Source: Euprymna scolopes (lineage: Eukaryota). Taken from it: a stretch of 64,000 bases of DNA. Within the stretch, counting starts at the first letter, position 1, and each line of letters opens with the position of its first letter. The notes under the pieces were generated by a model. That model was not told where the DNA came from. It saw nothing but the letters and a program-made list of their open reading frames with translations, and did no database searches. The stretch lies in the NCBI GenBank assembly GCA_053919585.1, contig CM132788.1; one strand, given 5' to 3'. Of this stretch, positions 11,610 through 23,915 are shown piece after piece. A program made the position numbers and the translations under genes.

Positions 11610-14600
11610 ATTGGAAGCGATTCAAAAGAAATGTTTAATCTTATTCGTTGTGGGCCGCCAGACAAAGTTACAAGAGCATCTATTGAAATTAACAATTTAC
11701 TGGTAACAGGATATCTGCAAGGAATTATAAAATGTAAAGGCTACAACACTTGGAACGCCTTGTTCAATACAATTAGAAACTCTGCAATATCTTAAAGTGA
11801 TGACTAACTACACCCTACAATCTGAATACATGGGAAAAAGGAGACCCACTATTTTGGCGTTTCAATTTCCGGACCACAGAGATCAGTACATTTCTCTTAA
11901 AATTGGAAAGATTGTTCCCATTCAACATAAATTGCATGAAATAGTCATTCGACATCATTCTAAACAAAGAAAACTCCAAAAATTCCATTCTTACTTGAAG
12001 TGGGGAAAGAACAATTTCCAATAATTGTAGTAGGCAGCCAGCCAACCTTCTGGTCTTATGGTGAGATTGGCTATCTCACTTCGGATTGGCCCCAGTGAAC
12101 CCAAAAATTGAGAGTATGGCAACATTTGGGGATACAGCCGATAGTAAAGGAACTCCGCAAGAAACTAAGGATGAGACCAAAGAGAACCCTGGTAAATTGT
12201 TCATGGAAAAAATAAAAACCCTGGCCGCCTGAGCTTTGAACAAATGCAGGAGGAGGCCATGTTAGAAAAGGACCCTGGCAGAGCTAAAAAAAAAAAAAAA
12301 AAAATGCACAAAAGATCAATCACCCCAATCCCTTTCCTAAACAAAGCCCAAAATTGCACCATAACTGAACCTCAGCAGTCGGACAAAATCAATAGCAAAA
12401 GCCATTCCTCCTCCCCCAGAAACAGCCTAAACTGATTCCTCTTAGCCCCATTAAACTAAATCTCGCTCTTCCCCTGTCCCTTCTACTTCTGCCACCCCCA
12501 TAATACTCCTGCATCCCTCACAAAGTCCCTACATGCACCACACCCCTATAGACACTGAAAACCCAGCAACCCCTAAGAACCCCTGGAAAAAAAAAACTAC
12601 CTCGACAAGGAAATCTGTAACAGTTGCACTCAAAATGAGCAACTATTTTAAATAGGTAGACCTTTCTAAGCTCATTGAATTCAGGGAAGTTGCTAGAAAG
12701 CCAATCGTGGACCCCAGCAATTTCCTGAAAGCTAAAAGAATAAGTTATTAAGAAAAAAGGAGGCAAAAGACTTACGGACTATGTTAGAAGCAAACAAAGC
12801 ATTTGAACTTTCACTTTTGGCTATTTTTAGAGAGTCAGACATCTGTAATTTATAAAAATCTTGTGTTGGGTGGGTCCCGGTAAAATGCATCCTTCCCTGT
12901 AAAGGATAGCCATATTAACATCTGTATGTTGGCAGTATCTCATGATGGGCTCACTGACTCAGATGGGTACCTATTTAGTCACGAGTCGTCAGCACATTAA
13001 CGACTGCAATGTTCGTTTTTGGTTCCCAACCCTAAGTCACCATACTGGATCTCAAGCTTACTTTAGGGCTAACTTGTGAAAATTTCGCTCAAGCTTGGAT
13101 CTACAGCACCTCTGAGTAAATATCTGTTGCTCACAAGAAACCCATCATTTCAGGTGACCATTTGGATGCCCTGTTTACGACATTGCACTTATTCAGCATA
13201 CTTGAATTCTCATTTGAGAAGTTTCTTGGCTAGTTAATTACTGGATGGATGTACTGTGTGACCACAAATTAAGGCATTCGTGAACCGTTTGTCATTTTCA
13301 GGAGTTTTTTTCCATGGAACCCAGTCTGTCATTAGAACAGTTCAACACCTACTTGGCTGACTTTTCATCTTTCGGTTACTGAAGCAGCTAGGTGCAAAAG
13401 GTAATATAGCAGAGGATGATGTCATTAAAGCCTTAAAGCAGATCGGCCTAAAGATTGATGGTCTGATCTATGAAATGTATTCGGTTGTTGCGCATCTTTG
13501 TTACCTTGTTAGTTTTAACTATTGGTTTTGGAACAGCTCAATCGCAATATTATATCATGGGCATTGTGAAGCTGTGCAAAAGCAAAGATAGTGGAGGTTA
13601 AATGTGATGAGAATTACTGGCTCTTAATGCTTAATGCTGTGTTAGATTTTGGCCAAGATTGCTTGTGCTAGGTAGTCTAAGCCCCGAGCAAACTTTTGGC
13701 TTGTAATTGCGCTTGTGGGTTCACTTCCTTAATGCAAACCCCACACTGATGAGGGAAGTAAATGACAAAGGATAGAGGCTATTCTGCTTATCTCAATCTA
13801 TTTTTCAAAGTTGTGCTTTGTCACAGATGCACTATATGCTTGTGTTTGAACATTTCCTTCGCAGACCAAGGGTGAATCTGGTCCTTTGTGATATCACTTT
13901 GCCAGACACTTCCTCCCTGGTAAAGTACTCCGCCTCTGCCGACAATGTAATGTGCAATGCTGAGATTAGTGTGATTAACATAGAAATCAGATTATATGAA
14001 GTGGTCACAGGCTAACATTAACTGTGACAAGGTGCCTGGACAGAAGTTTCCCATTCAGCTGGAGCGACAGGCTTTGCAAGATTCTCTGCATCTGGTTTGG
14101 TCCCCATCTTCAGCTGGAAAAATATTAGGGTTTTGAAAGTTGTTTGGTCCACAGCTAGTCTAGATTAGCAGGGAGAGTGGAGGTGTGCATACTGCACATC
14201 TATCCAATGTTTCCCTTTTTCTTAGATACATTGCTGTATTTGCAGCAGGCTCTTTTCCAGTTCTTGGGGTTGGAAAGGCCCCTATGGTCTGTCACTTATC
14301 CATCCTTCTGAAGGCGATCTGGGTATGCCAAATATGAAAATTCGTCTGCTCACACTTGATTGTCAGAGATGCAGGTTCCCTTTTGAAATTTTCATAATGT
14401 TTGTAATAAAGCGTTCAGGCCCACATTTTCGACTGGCAAATTAGATTATCTGCCACAGTTTAGTAATGGGGATGGGATCTTTTTACTAACATTTTAAATA
14501 ACATTGTGCATAAACCCCCCCCCCATTGCATATTTTCATATGGGGCTTAAGGTTATGTTTTTATGGTGACCGATGAAGGATTTATACGCTGATGGATGTA

Positions 14601-14740
14601 TAGTACGGATGCGGTATTGTGGTTATAGAGTGAAAGTAGGAACTAGCCAGCTTAGCTTAGTTAGCATTAGTTTGTCATGACCGTCCTCATTTTTGGTTTT
14701 GCACAATTTCTTAAATTTTGTATTTTTACGAAAATACATA
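11610..14740 (+). mobile_element. Decayed, internally deleted Tx1 family B copy (ORF1 remnant, ORF2 fragments, 3' UTR)
   Basis: KCKGYNTW, SEYMGKRR, QMQEEAMLEKDPG, ORF1 end GSQP* (~13035), VKYSASAD, HPSEGDLGMP. 14360-14740 matches the reverse complement of the B 3' UTR (54692-55140). Confidence 0.9.
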
Positions 14741-15814
14741 TTACCCCATTAATTATCAAAAAGTATTTCAACTTCAAATCTGAAGTTTATATAGCTCTAC
14801 ATGCAACGAGTCCTCTGGCTAGATGTTGGTTGGGACAGGTGAAGGATATCACTGGCAATCTAGCTGGATATTTGTTCTGTAGCAGTTGATAGGCGATTGT
14901 CATACACGAATGTGAACAATTGAGTGGTCCAGGTCTTCCATCACTGACAAAAGCAGCCCTACTTAGGGACAGCATTGCATTTCAAGTTGAGATGATAATT
15001 GGAGTCCAAAATTTTGCTTAATCACGATCTTCCCTTGGGAGAAAAGTGCTGGATAGCCAGTATTGTAGTCAAATCAACTGAAAAATTTTAATTTAATTTT
15101 GGAGCTTAGGTTTGTATCCTCCAAAATAATTGGACACTTGAATGCGAAACATCCATAGGTTTGCATGAACTTGACTAAAACACACATGCAGTAGTTTGGT
15201 TGGTATTAATATCTTGTGCATTCATAAAGTTCAGGTGTTTGTAGCACTTACAGTGAGACTAAAATACTTCAGCACTGAAGCAAACTTGCTTTTTAATATG
15301 GTTAGTAATTAACAAGGAAGTTTAATTTGCATAGTGCTTTGCAAAATAAACTCCCATTAGCTATTTATTTTTACTATTAACCAGTATTATTTATGCATAT
15401 TTTCAACATTGATATTTAGCAAAACGGTCCATCCAGTGCGACAAGGGGGGGGGGCACAGAAATTTTGGCTCAAGTTTTCCTGGGCAATACCTAGAAATAG
15501 GTCCTACTAGTTTTAAATGAAATGCATGAGCAAACTTCCAGATAAAAAAGAAAATTGTTACAAAACCTTCGATTGTTTAACTTTCTATTCTGCCATATTA
15601 GATTTTGTGTTAGGATTTTAAAGAATTCAAAATCCAATCAATTTAAGTTTTCACTGATAAAGTTCGACTTTGTCCCAGTTGATTGAGTAACAAAAAAAAA
15701 CAAACAAAAAAAAAAACTTAATATTTCATCAATTCGACAGATTGCACCGTTGTGACCTTTTCTGTTTAGTTTTCAGTTCTTGACGGTTCACCCAAAGCCT
15801 CGTTTCCTCACTTT

Positions 15815-15920
15815 GGACGAAGTTTAAAGCTTACTTCCTGAGGCGACATCATTATGGAACACCGATAGGGCTGCTCAGGCAATTTTGAAGTGGCTGGAGA
15901 GCACCATTTCTTGGTGAGCC
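15815..15920 (+). repeat. Unclassified repeat with Sm-like motif, copy 2 of 4
   Basis: AAGTTTAAAGCTTACTTCCTGAGGCG...GGAA...TGCTCAGGCAATTTTGA aligns with the 5.3 kb and 19.7 kb copies. Confidence 0.55.
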
Positions 15921-18008
15921 TTTCTATAGGCCTGGTGTTACATCTTCAATAGGAATGAAGTAAAAAGTTGAGTATTTCTGGTTTATGGGATTTAACGACA
16001 TGAAAGGCAGGTTTTGTATATCATTTTTATTTCGTTTGGGTGTTTTATGGCATAAACCTTTTTAATGTTATTTAATGTCAAATCTCATTACTTAACGAGT
16101 AAATGCTTTAATATTTATTCATGCTGTTTACATTGGTTGTTTTGCTTTGCAGAACATGATTGAGCTATACAAATATAAAGAAAAAATATTTGATGCATTT
16201 TCGGTCAGTAAGCCAATATCTTGATTTTTATTTATCACACAGGGCTTAGACAGGTACTACCAATTCTGATCAGAGTGGACCCAAAAGCAGTGGGAACTAA
16301 GGTCAGGACAAAGTTTTAGAGGCTAATAATCTGTGCAAAACTTGTGCCTTGGACAGATTTTATTCACTAGCAAAACAGAAGATAGTACCAAGCCTGCTGC
16401 AAAGTTCCCTCTACAGGAATAGAAAACTTCTCACTTGCCAGTATCCTATATAAAGTCACCATTCGCTCATACTAAAGTACTGGTGCAAATCTTTGATGTA
16501 CCAACTATTTGTCTTCCTCTTAGATTTAAGACCTCCCACACCATCTGTTTTACTTTGACAGAACATGTTTCGGACTTAAATGAGAAGGAGAGTAGAAAGT
16601 GGATCTCTAGTTTATTTTCAGCAGACATGTAAATCAACTTCCCTTATCTTGTCCTTTAGTCCTCACATTCCAGGTGCGATGTTTCTGACACAGAGGGAAG
16701 AATTGCTGTGTTCTGGCTCAGAAGCTATTCTAATACTTATCGTTAGCAATTCTTTTTTCCTCAAGTGGCTTCATGCCTTGTTTGGAGCGATTTCCATTAA
16801 AAAAAAAAAAAAAAATCAACCCTTTGCTGTAGTGGTCTTCAGAAAGACCGTTTCATGTCTTTGGGGGATGAATAAAAGTTTGATTTGCAGCACAAACCAT
16901 CTATAAATTTAATGCTGAGTAAAGTCGCCAAATAATTTCATAGGGAGGTAATTTTCCGAGAATACGTTGCTCATAGGAAATTTCAGTGAGAGTCGGAACA
17001 TTACTCTTTGAAAATATGACTTCCAGAAAACTATTTAGCATTAATAACCTTTATTAAACATAAGATATTCAACCACCACATCTGCCAGTGAAAAGATAAA
17101 ATCAAAAAAAGAAAAGAGTCTTAGAAGTCCAGATTAAATATGGTTGAGATGAAGACACCAGGATATGACGTGACCAGCCGATTGATCGAATCTAGTTTTT
17201 TCCAACCTCTCATTTAGCTAAGGTAAGAGCTAAAATGGAATGGCTCAGTCACCAGAACATCAACCTAAGACATAACCGATTACTACCCATAACTACATTA
17301 GTATAAAAGCTGAGAACTATTGAAATACGAGAATATACTGTTTTTAGTTCATACATATGCGTGATAATTGCAAATCTGGAAAAGGGAAAAAATTTCAAAT
17401 ACATTGCAAATATTACATACCACTTTAGCAAATCATTCGCAAACAAACAGGTTCATTGTGGGATTTTTTTGGTGGCATGTCAACCCCTTGGCTGATTGAA
17501 AGCTTACTGGGACTTTAATGTGGATTTAAATAGTTCATTTAATGAACTATTTAAATCATTAATCCATTTAAAACATAATTTAACTTTATTTAGGAAAAGA
17601 TAACATTTACATTAATATAATCTAAATGAATCAACTTATAATGATACATAATTTTACAGTAGATGTAGACCTTACCTAGTTATTTCTCTTACCATTTAAA
17701 AATGTGAGTTATCTCCCTTGAGTCCATGATGAATGTTTTGTTTTTACTTAAAGAGTGAAATAGGGTATAGAAATTGGAAATAGTGGTGAACAATGGATTT
17801 AGAGTAGGATGAAGGCAAAACGCTCCCCTGAAGTGTCAGGAGTTTAATGTAGTGCCTGGGACAAATTCTATCCAGCACGTAGCTGGTGCCACAGAAATCA
17901 AACCCAAATTGTATTTTCTGCCCCTAAGCATTTTAATAACTGAAGGAACAATATGAAAGTTTCATTTTCAGGTTTTTATCAAATCTACCAATCTAGATTA
18001 AAAATATT

Positions 18009-18041
<33 letters not shown>

Positions 18042-18094
18042 TGACCTACAGGAGACTAATTGGGTTAGCTTTTTAGCCAATCCATACAAACCTT

Positions 18095-18395
18095 AGGTTT
18101 GGAGCATAAGAACCTTATGTGGGTTATTTAAGCCGAATCAAGTTAAATGTAATCATAGGCATGTTTATATTCCAAAAATACATTCGTAGAAATTTTAAAG
18201 GCATTACTCTGAAAATATTTCCAAAAGAAAATTAATCTTTGGCATTGGTAATCTTTAACAAAATTGACCTTCAACGTTCAGTATCTGTTTGAGGGGAGAA
18301 ACTAGCTTTTGAATTTTAGAAGAAACAGATTGAAGTTTGGGGATAAATTTAGATACCAGTGCATGATGTAACCAACTGACTGGTTACATTTAAAG
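18095..18395. repeat. Abundant old dispersed repeat (probable SINE or non-autonomous element), one of many copies
   Basis: Shared blocks TTTGG..ATGGCATATCAACC..GGTTATTTAATGCC, GGCATTGGTAATCTT, CTAGTATCTATTTG and GATAC.AGGGCATGACGTGACCA recur at ~17150, 19180-19400, 26210-26600, 28450-28770 and reversed at ~31530, 36740, 42610-42950, 45180-45740. Confidence 0.6.
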
Positions 18396-19584
18396 GTCGT
18401 AAAATTTACATGGTCATTAATGCAACTAAGTGACAGACAGCTCAGCTACCAGGATCCTATTCTGAAGTATTATGGGTTGAATCCCACGGCCTACAAATGG
18501 CCCCTGTTTCGGGGAGAGGGGAGCACTTTGCATGTTGCAGTCAGAGGCAAAAATATTGACCTGAAATAAAGGGTAACTTCACACTACCCCAAATTAGTGC
18601 CTCATCAAATGTGATGTCAGGCACCATGTTTGTATAAAAATTGGTTTTGCTTTGGAATTACTGAAACTAAATAGTCGATAGTTTTCCTTGCAACAGAGTC
18701 AATTATATTACTCCTATTGCAAGGAAAACCTATTCGACAAAGTTAATGCTACTCCTACTCAAGAAAATACGTAGTTTTGTGTCCCTCCAAATAAACATGA
18801 AATTTTCCACTCAAATTTTTTTAATGAAGATCGCTAATTAGGGGAGATAATTTCAATATTAAGATTATTCAGAATTATTAAGATGCATCCATTCAAACTG
18901 TGCGTTTAGTAACAAAAACGTTATTTCAAACTTAAATGTGACCAACCGACGGATAATGGCCGACGTGGTGGAAGAGAGCAGATAACATTAAATTTGGATT
19001 CAATAAATCCGTACAAATAAATTATAGCGTGTTCATGTGCAAATAAAACCATATGATTGGTTGACTAAAGGAATTGACGAACATTTTGATGTTTTACCTT
19101 TTAAATTTGTATCAGAGTTCGAATCTCATGCAAGTCAAAGAATTTTAGCATTTGATTTGAAAACAAAATCGTAATAGGTTTAGATTAGCCTTACAGCCTA
19201 ACCCTCTATTGGTTATTTAATGCAGATTAATGTCAACTATAGTTCTATAGGTAGGATAATTATACTGCTTAATCTGTTCAACATGCCATCACCTAGTATC
19301 TATTTGGGAAGGAAAATAAAGACAAGGTTTTGAGTTTTAAGATTTAATGTGGTTAAAGTTGAACTTGTAGATACTAGGGCATGATGTAACAAGTTGGGTG
19401 GAAAAAATTCAAAATAAATTCAACCAGGTTAGAATGCAATATGGAGCATGGGAGAAGTACTTGCTAAAAACGGCAGTATTTCGAAAATGCAAGAATCATG
19501 ACCAGACGAGATATGCCTTAGAGAGTCTATCAAAATTCTGGCTTGAAGGGTCAGAGACTTGCCATTCTTTGATGCTGTTTGTAG

Positions 19585-19770
19585 ATCTGACCGAGGTAAG
19601 TTGCTTGGGTATCACCCAGGAGGTCTACCCTTCCGGGCCTTGTCACCCGGCTTTCAGATGGGGTAAGTTTATTGCTTGCTGGCCGAGGCGCCCAACCGGG
19701 GAATGACGACGGGAATGCTGAGGCAATTTTTGCGAGACGAGTGCCCCTCCTAAAGGGGAGTTTCCAGACC
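19585..19770 (+). repeat. Unclassified repeat with splice-donor, Sm-like site and 3' hairpin, copy 3 of 4 (best preserved)
   Basis: CCGAGGTAAGT...GGCTTTCAGATGGGTAAGTTT...GGCAATTTTTG...CCCCTCCTAAAGGGG. Confidence 0.7.
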
Positions 19771-19809
19771 TTATGTCACAATGCTGTGGTGGGCAGCATT
19801 TAAATCTAC

Positions 19810-22800
19810 CCATTTTACATTGGTTTGTTACACACAATTTTCCTTGCGTCTTGTTACAATTACTTATTGTCACGTTATAATTGACAGATTTTTCTACATG
19901 ATTTTGTTTATTTTTTATAAAAGTTTTGTTAAACATTTCCATAACTGTTTTTAACGGTTCAGCTATGGCTGCTTCTGCTGGCCAGATGCTAATTGATATT
20001 GAACATTATGGAAAATTAGGTCAGAAGATGCTACATCTTCCACTCCAAGCAACAACTGGAGCAACAAGCCTTCAAAACTCATGATAAATGTAACAACTCA
20101 TGCAGAGAGCCAAACAATGCCTTCATTTTGTCACAGACACCGACATCGTTTACATTCCAAAATAGAAGTCAATTTTAAAAAACGCCTAATTTTAAATGTC
20201 AGACGATAGAACAGCATCCACTGAAATCTATAATTTACTGGCGGCAGTGAGCTCTTGTGCGCAATGTGTCATAAAACGTAAAGGATATACCTGGAACACC
20301 TTGTTTAGTTCGGTAGTTGAGTGTATAGGGATCAAGAGATTATAACCAACTATATCCTGTGCCCAGAATATGAGGAAACGGAGAACCACTGTCTCAGTAT
20401 TTCACATCCCGTTCTAGGACATCACAGTGCATTTCTTTTAAAATATGAAGAAATTGTTTCTGTACAATACGAGTTTCATGGTAGATGGTCTTTTGATATC
20501 CTCTTAACCAGGGGAAATTTTACCAGCATCCAGTTCTTCCTCGAAGCGAGTGAAGAAAAACTACTATTTGGTGATTGCCCCCAGAAGACACCCTCAACGA
20601 ATCCAAAAAGTAGGTCAACATCTAAGGGGTTCAGCTGTCCGTAAAGAAACGCCAAGAGATGGCGAACCTCAAATCCGCAAAGAAACTTGGGTAACTGTTC
20701 CCAGCAAAAAGATCTCTGGCTGACTGAGCTCAGAACAAATGTGAGAGGCCACGTTAGAATATGACCATGGCAAGGCAAATACATCGAAATAGTAAATCTC
20801 AAACCCCCTTCTAAACAAATACCCAAATATAGCAACACTGAACCTCAGTTCGACAAAACCAAAACCCCATTCAATGAAAGTCATGCCTCCCCCAGAAATA
20901 AAATTGATTCCACTCAACCCAATTAAAGACAAAACCTCACTTCCCTGCTCCTACTTCCACCTCTCCCCATAACACTCCTGCATCCCTCACAAAATCCCTA
21001 CTTGTATCATGGACACCAATGGACACTGAGAATCCAGCATTCCTAAAGAGACTGAACACCCTCACTGGAAGAGGTGGGGGGAAAAAACACTACCTCCCTG
21101 GTAAGGAAATCTGCTTGATCAGCGAGGCGCAAATTCTGTACACTTTAAAAGGGGCCCGATCTATCAAAACTAATCAAATTCAGGGAGGTGGCTGAAAAGC
21201 TGGTAGATAACCCCCACAGTTTCCCTAACGCCAAGAGGATCTTCACGGTTATCCGAAAGGAGGCAAATAAAGCCTTCAAACTTCAACTATTTTTAAGGAC
21301 GCTGACATTCGTAATTAATGGAAATGTGTTCGGCAGATTCCTGGAAAGATGCCCCCTACCTGTATAGGTTAGCCACTGGACTCATTGATAATCAGATGGG
21401 TACCTATTACATCACAAGAGCCGTCGGCACACTAACGACTGCAATGTTCGTTTCTGGTTCACAACCCTAAGGCACCATAATGCTACAGCTTGCTACTGTG
21501 AATATTTAGGGCTAAGTGCCAACTCGCAAAAATTTCGCTTTAACATGAATCTGCAGCACCTAAGATTGAATATTTGTTGCATACAAGAAACGCAACCATC
21601 TTATCTAAGGTGACAATTTGGGTGTACTGTCTAAGACACATTGCGCTTACTCAGCATATTTTAATTTTCTTTTGATGTGTTCCTTGGCTAATAAGGTTTT
21701 TAGATGTGTTGTGTGACCCATGCTACAGGGAGCACACTGCATTTTGAGTGTTTCATTTGGGTTTATACACCTGATAGTCACGTTAAGCATGCTACTTTTC
21801 TTTGGGAAGTTGAGCAGTTCATGAGTACATCACAAACGATTATCTTAGCGGGAGACTGGAACATGGTCCTGAATGCCGATTTAGATCGATTTGGGTTACC
21901 TTCTAGCAGTATTAACAGATCAGGATGCTTTTTATTTTGTGAGTTTGTCGATAAGTTAGATCTTATTGAAAAATTCTGAAATTTAACGCTCCATGACTTT
22001 GGAAGGTAGGGACGGCTCTGGTGAGGTTCAACTCTCGAGTTATATCAACTGGTTCTTAGGCGAGTCGACCTAGGAGTATTAAATTGTCTAAGTTTTCACA
22101 ATATAGTTTACTCGGATCACCGACTTGTTCATGCTCGGATAAACTTAAAGCGAAGCCTAGATTGGCCGGTTACTGGAAGCTCAATGTGTTCAATATAGAG
22201 GGCTACTACTAACCTTACAGCAGGAATTGACGGAGGCTGTAAATGGTGGGTCAAAATTAAGGAAGCCATTGGTCCTTTTTTGCTAATTTTAGCAGACGAC
22301 TTAATCTAGGCAGTAAAAGCGACACTATAGTCTAGATCGAGAGGTAGAGGATGGGGATAGTGCTAGCATTAACTTGGGCTAAGCTTACTTCGTTAGCTAA
22401 AAAGCAGCACCAAGCTTTAGTGATGAGGGCTAGATTTAAAAGGATGCCTCAGGAGACAAACAGCCACAGATCTGTGTGCAAAGGAGCTTCATGCTGCTGA
22501 CAAGCATATGGCAGGTGTCACATCGCAAGATGGACGTACCCTGACCACAAAGGCATTCAGGTTTTATTTTCAAGAGCTTTTTTCCATGAAATCAGGTTTC
22601 ATTAGAATAGTTTGACATCTATTTGCTTGACTTGTCTTTCGGCTATTTAAGTAGTTAAGTGCAAAGGTAATATAAGGGAGGATATAAGTCCGGATATCAA
22701 TGTTCTGCCCTACGAAGTTTTGGCCTGCAATTTCACTTATGGGTTCAACTCTTTTATACAAACTCTGCAGTGATTGTAGAAATAATGGCAAGAGATTGAG

Positions 22801-23066
22801 GCCCTTGCTCTATGTGCGCAAGGTAAGGATGAATCTGGTCCTACATGGTATCATTTTGCCAGACGCTTTCTGTAACAGTGGTTGTAAAGAGCAATGCTGA
22901 GATTAGTGTTTTCGGTATGGGCATCAGACTATGAAAGGATAATGGGCCAACATTAACTGACAAGTCTTTGGATTTGCGCATCAGTGCCTGGAGGGAGTCT
23001 TCCTTCAGAGACCCTTTAGATGGAGCGATGGGCCTTGCAAAATATTCAGATTTGATTTTCGGCACA
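19810..23066 (+). mobile_element. Decayed Tx1 family B copy with 5' UTR, ORF1, endonuclease and partial RT; 3' part missing
   Basis: ATG at 19965 (MAASAGQ versus MAASASQ in B), ORF1 end GSQP* at 21470, CCIQET, ILAGDWN, YSDHRLV, AGYWKLN, RARFKRMPQE; many stops and frameshifts. Confidence 0.9.
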
Positions 23067-23599
23067 TTTTCTTCATTGTACCTGCTCTGTAGGACGTTTC
23101 TTAGAATATTCGTTATTTAACAATTTTCCTACATTTTGAAAAAGTATCAATACAATGGAAATACTCTTGACCATCACTTATGAAAGTCCTTTATAGAAAC
23201 TTCCTATGAACATTTTCCCACTGTTCTTCCAACCAGCCCAAAGGATGTTCACTGCCCCCCCCCCTCAACCTTGCATAATTTTTTCATTTGATCATTAGAA
23301 AACCGACGACGTGGTTACAAGCCAGAGGATATTAAAAAGTACAAATAAAATAACCTTAAAAATGCACACCGGTCGTCTATTGCTTTGCACCTGTTAAATA
23401 ATCGCCATCTTGTTTAGAACGGACTCTTGCCTTATTGAAGAAACAGTTTGACGTGTGCTTACGTTTGGAACTGTTTGCCGAAACTTTTGGATAAGATTTA
23501 TTATCGGTCACTTTTACTGGGAAATGCTGACGCAACCATTTAGCTGTTATAATTGTTATTATGAGATTGCTTCCACCTTCATGTTAAACTATGTGTATA

Positions 23600-23915
23600 A
23601 CATTGATGCAGTGGAAAACTGATAAATACTCGATTCAGAATTGACCTGTTTACGATTCTACTTCGTTTTCAGCTTTCAATCTGAAGACAATTTACATCTG
23701 AACTAGACAGACCTGATTTAAGAAACGAGTTTAATAAACGATTGTTTTCATAGGAAAGCAGCCCCGTGAAGTAAACAAAGGGTTCCACTCGAAATTCCGA
23801 GTTCGACAAGATACACCTGAAGATCGGAGGTTATATCGACCGAAACGTTGTGAAAATCACTCAAGGAGAACAGTAGTCTTATGAATACAAATAACCAATC
23901 TCAAAAATTCAGAAA
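23600..23915 (+). mobile_element. Penelope-like element remnant with degenerate hammerhead ribozyme core
   Basis: ACACCTGAAGA-TCGGAGGTTATATCGACC-GAAACGTTG (23813-23850) carries the CUGANGA...GAAA core typical of Penelope pLTRs. Stem II looks damaged; extent approximate. Confidence 0.5.

Noticed and set aside
19670-19740. U4 snRNA gene (CCGAGGCGC, ATGACGAC, GGCAATTTTTG)
   Set aside because: Only three short words match; the U6-pairing 5' region and spacing do not fit, and the other copies do not keep these words.
23400-23415. Fourth copy of the promoter module (CGCCATCTTG)
   Set aside because: It has a YY1-like word but lacks the octamer-TATA spacing and the downstream GTAAG donor.
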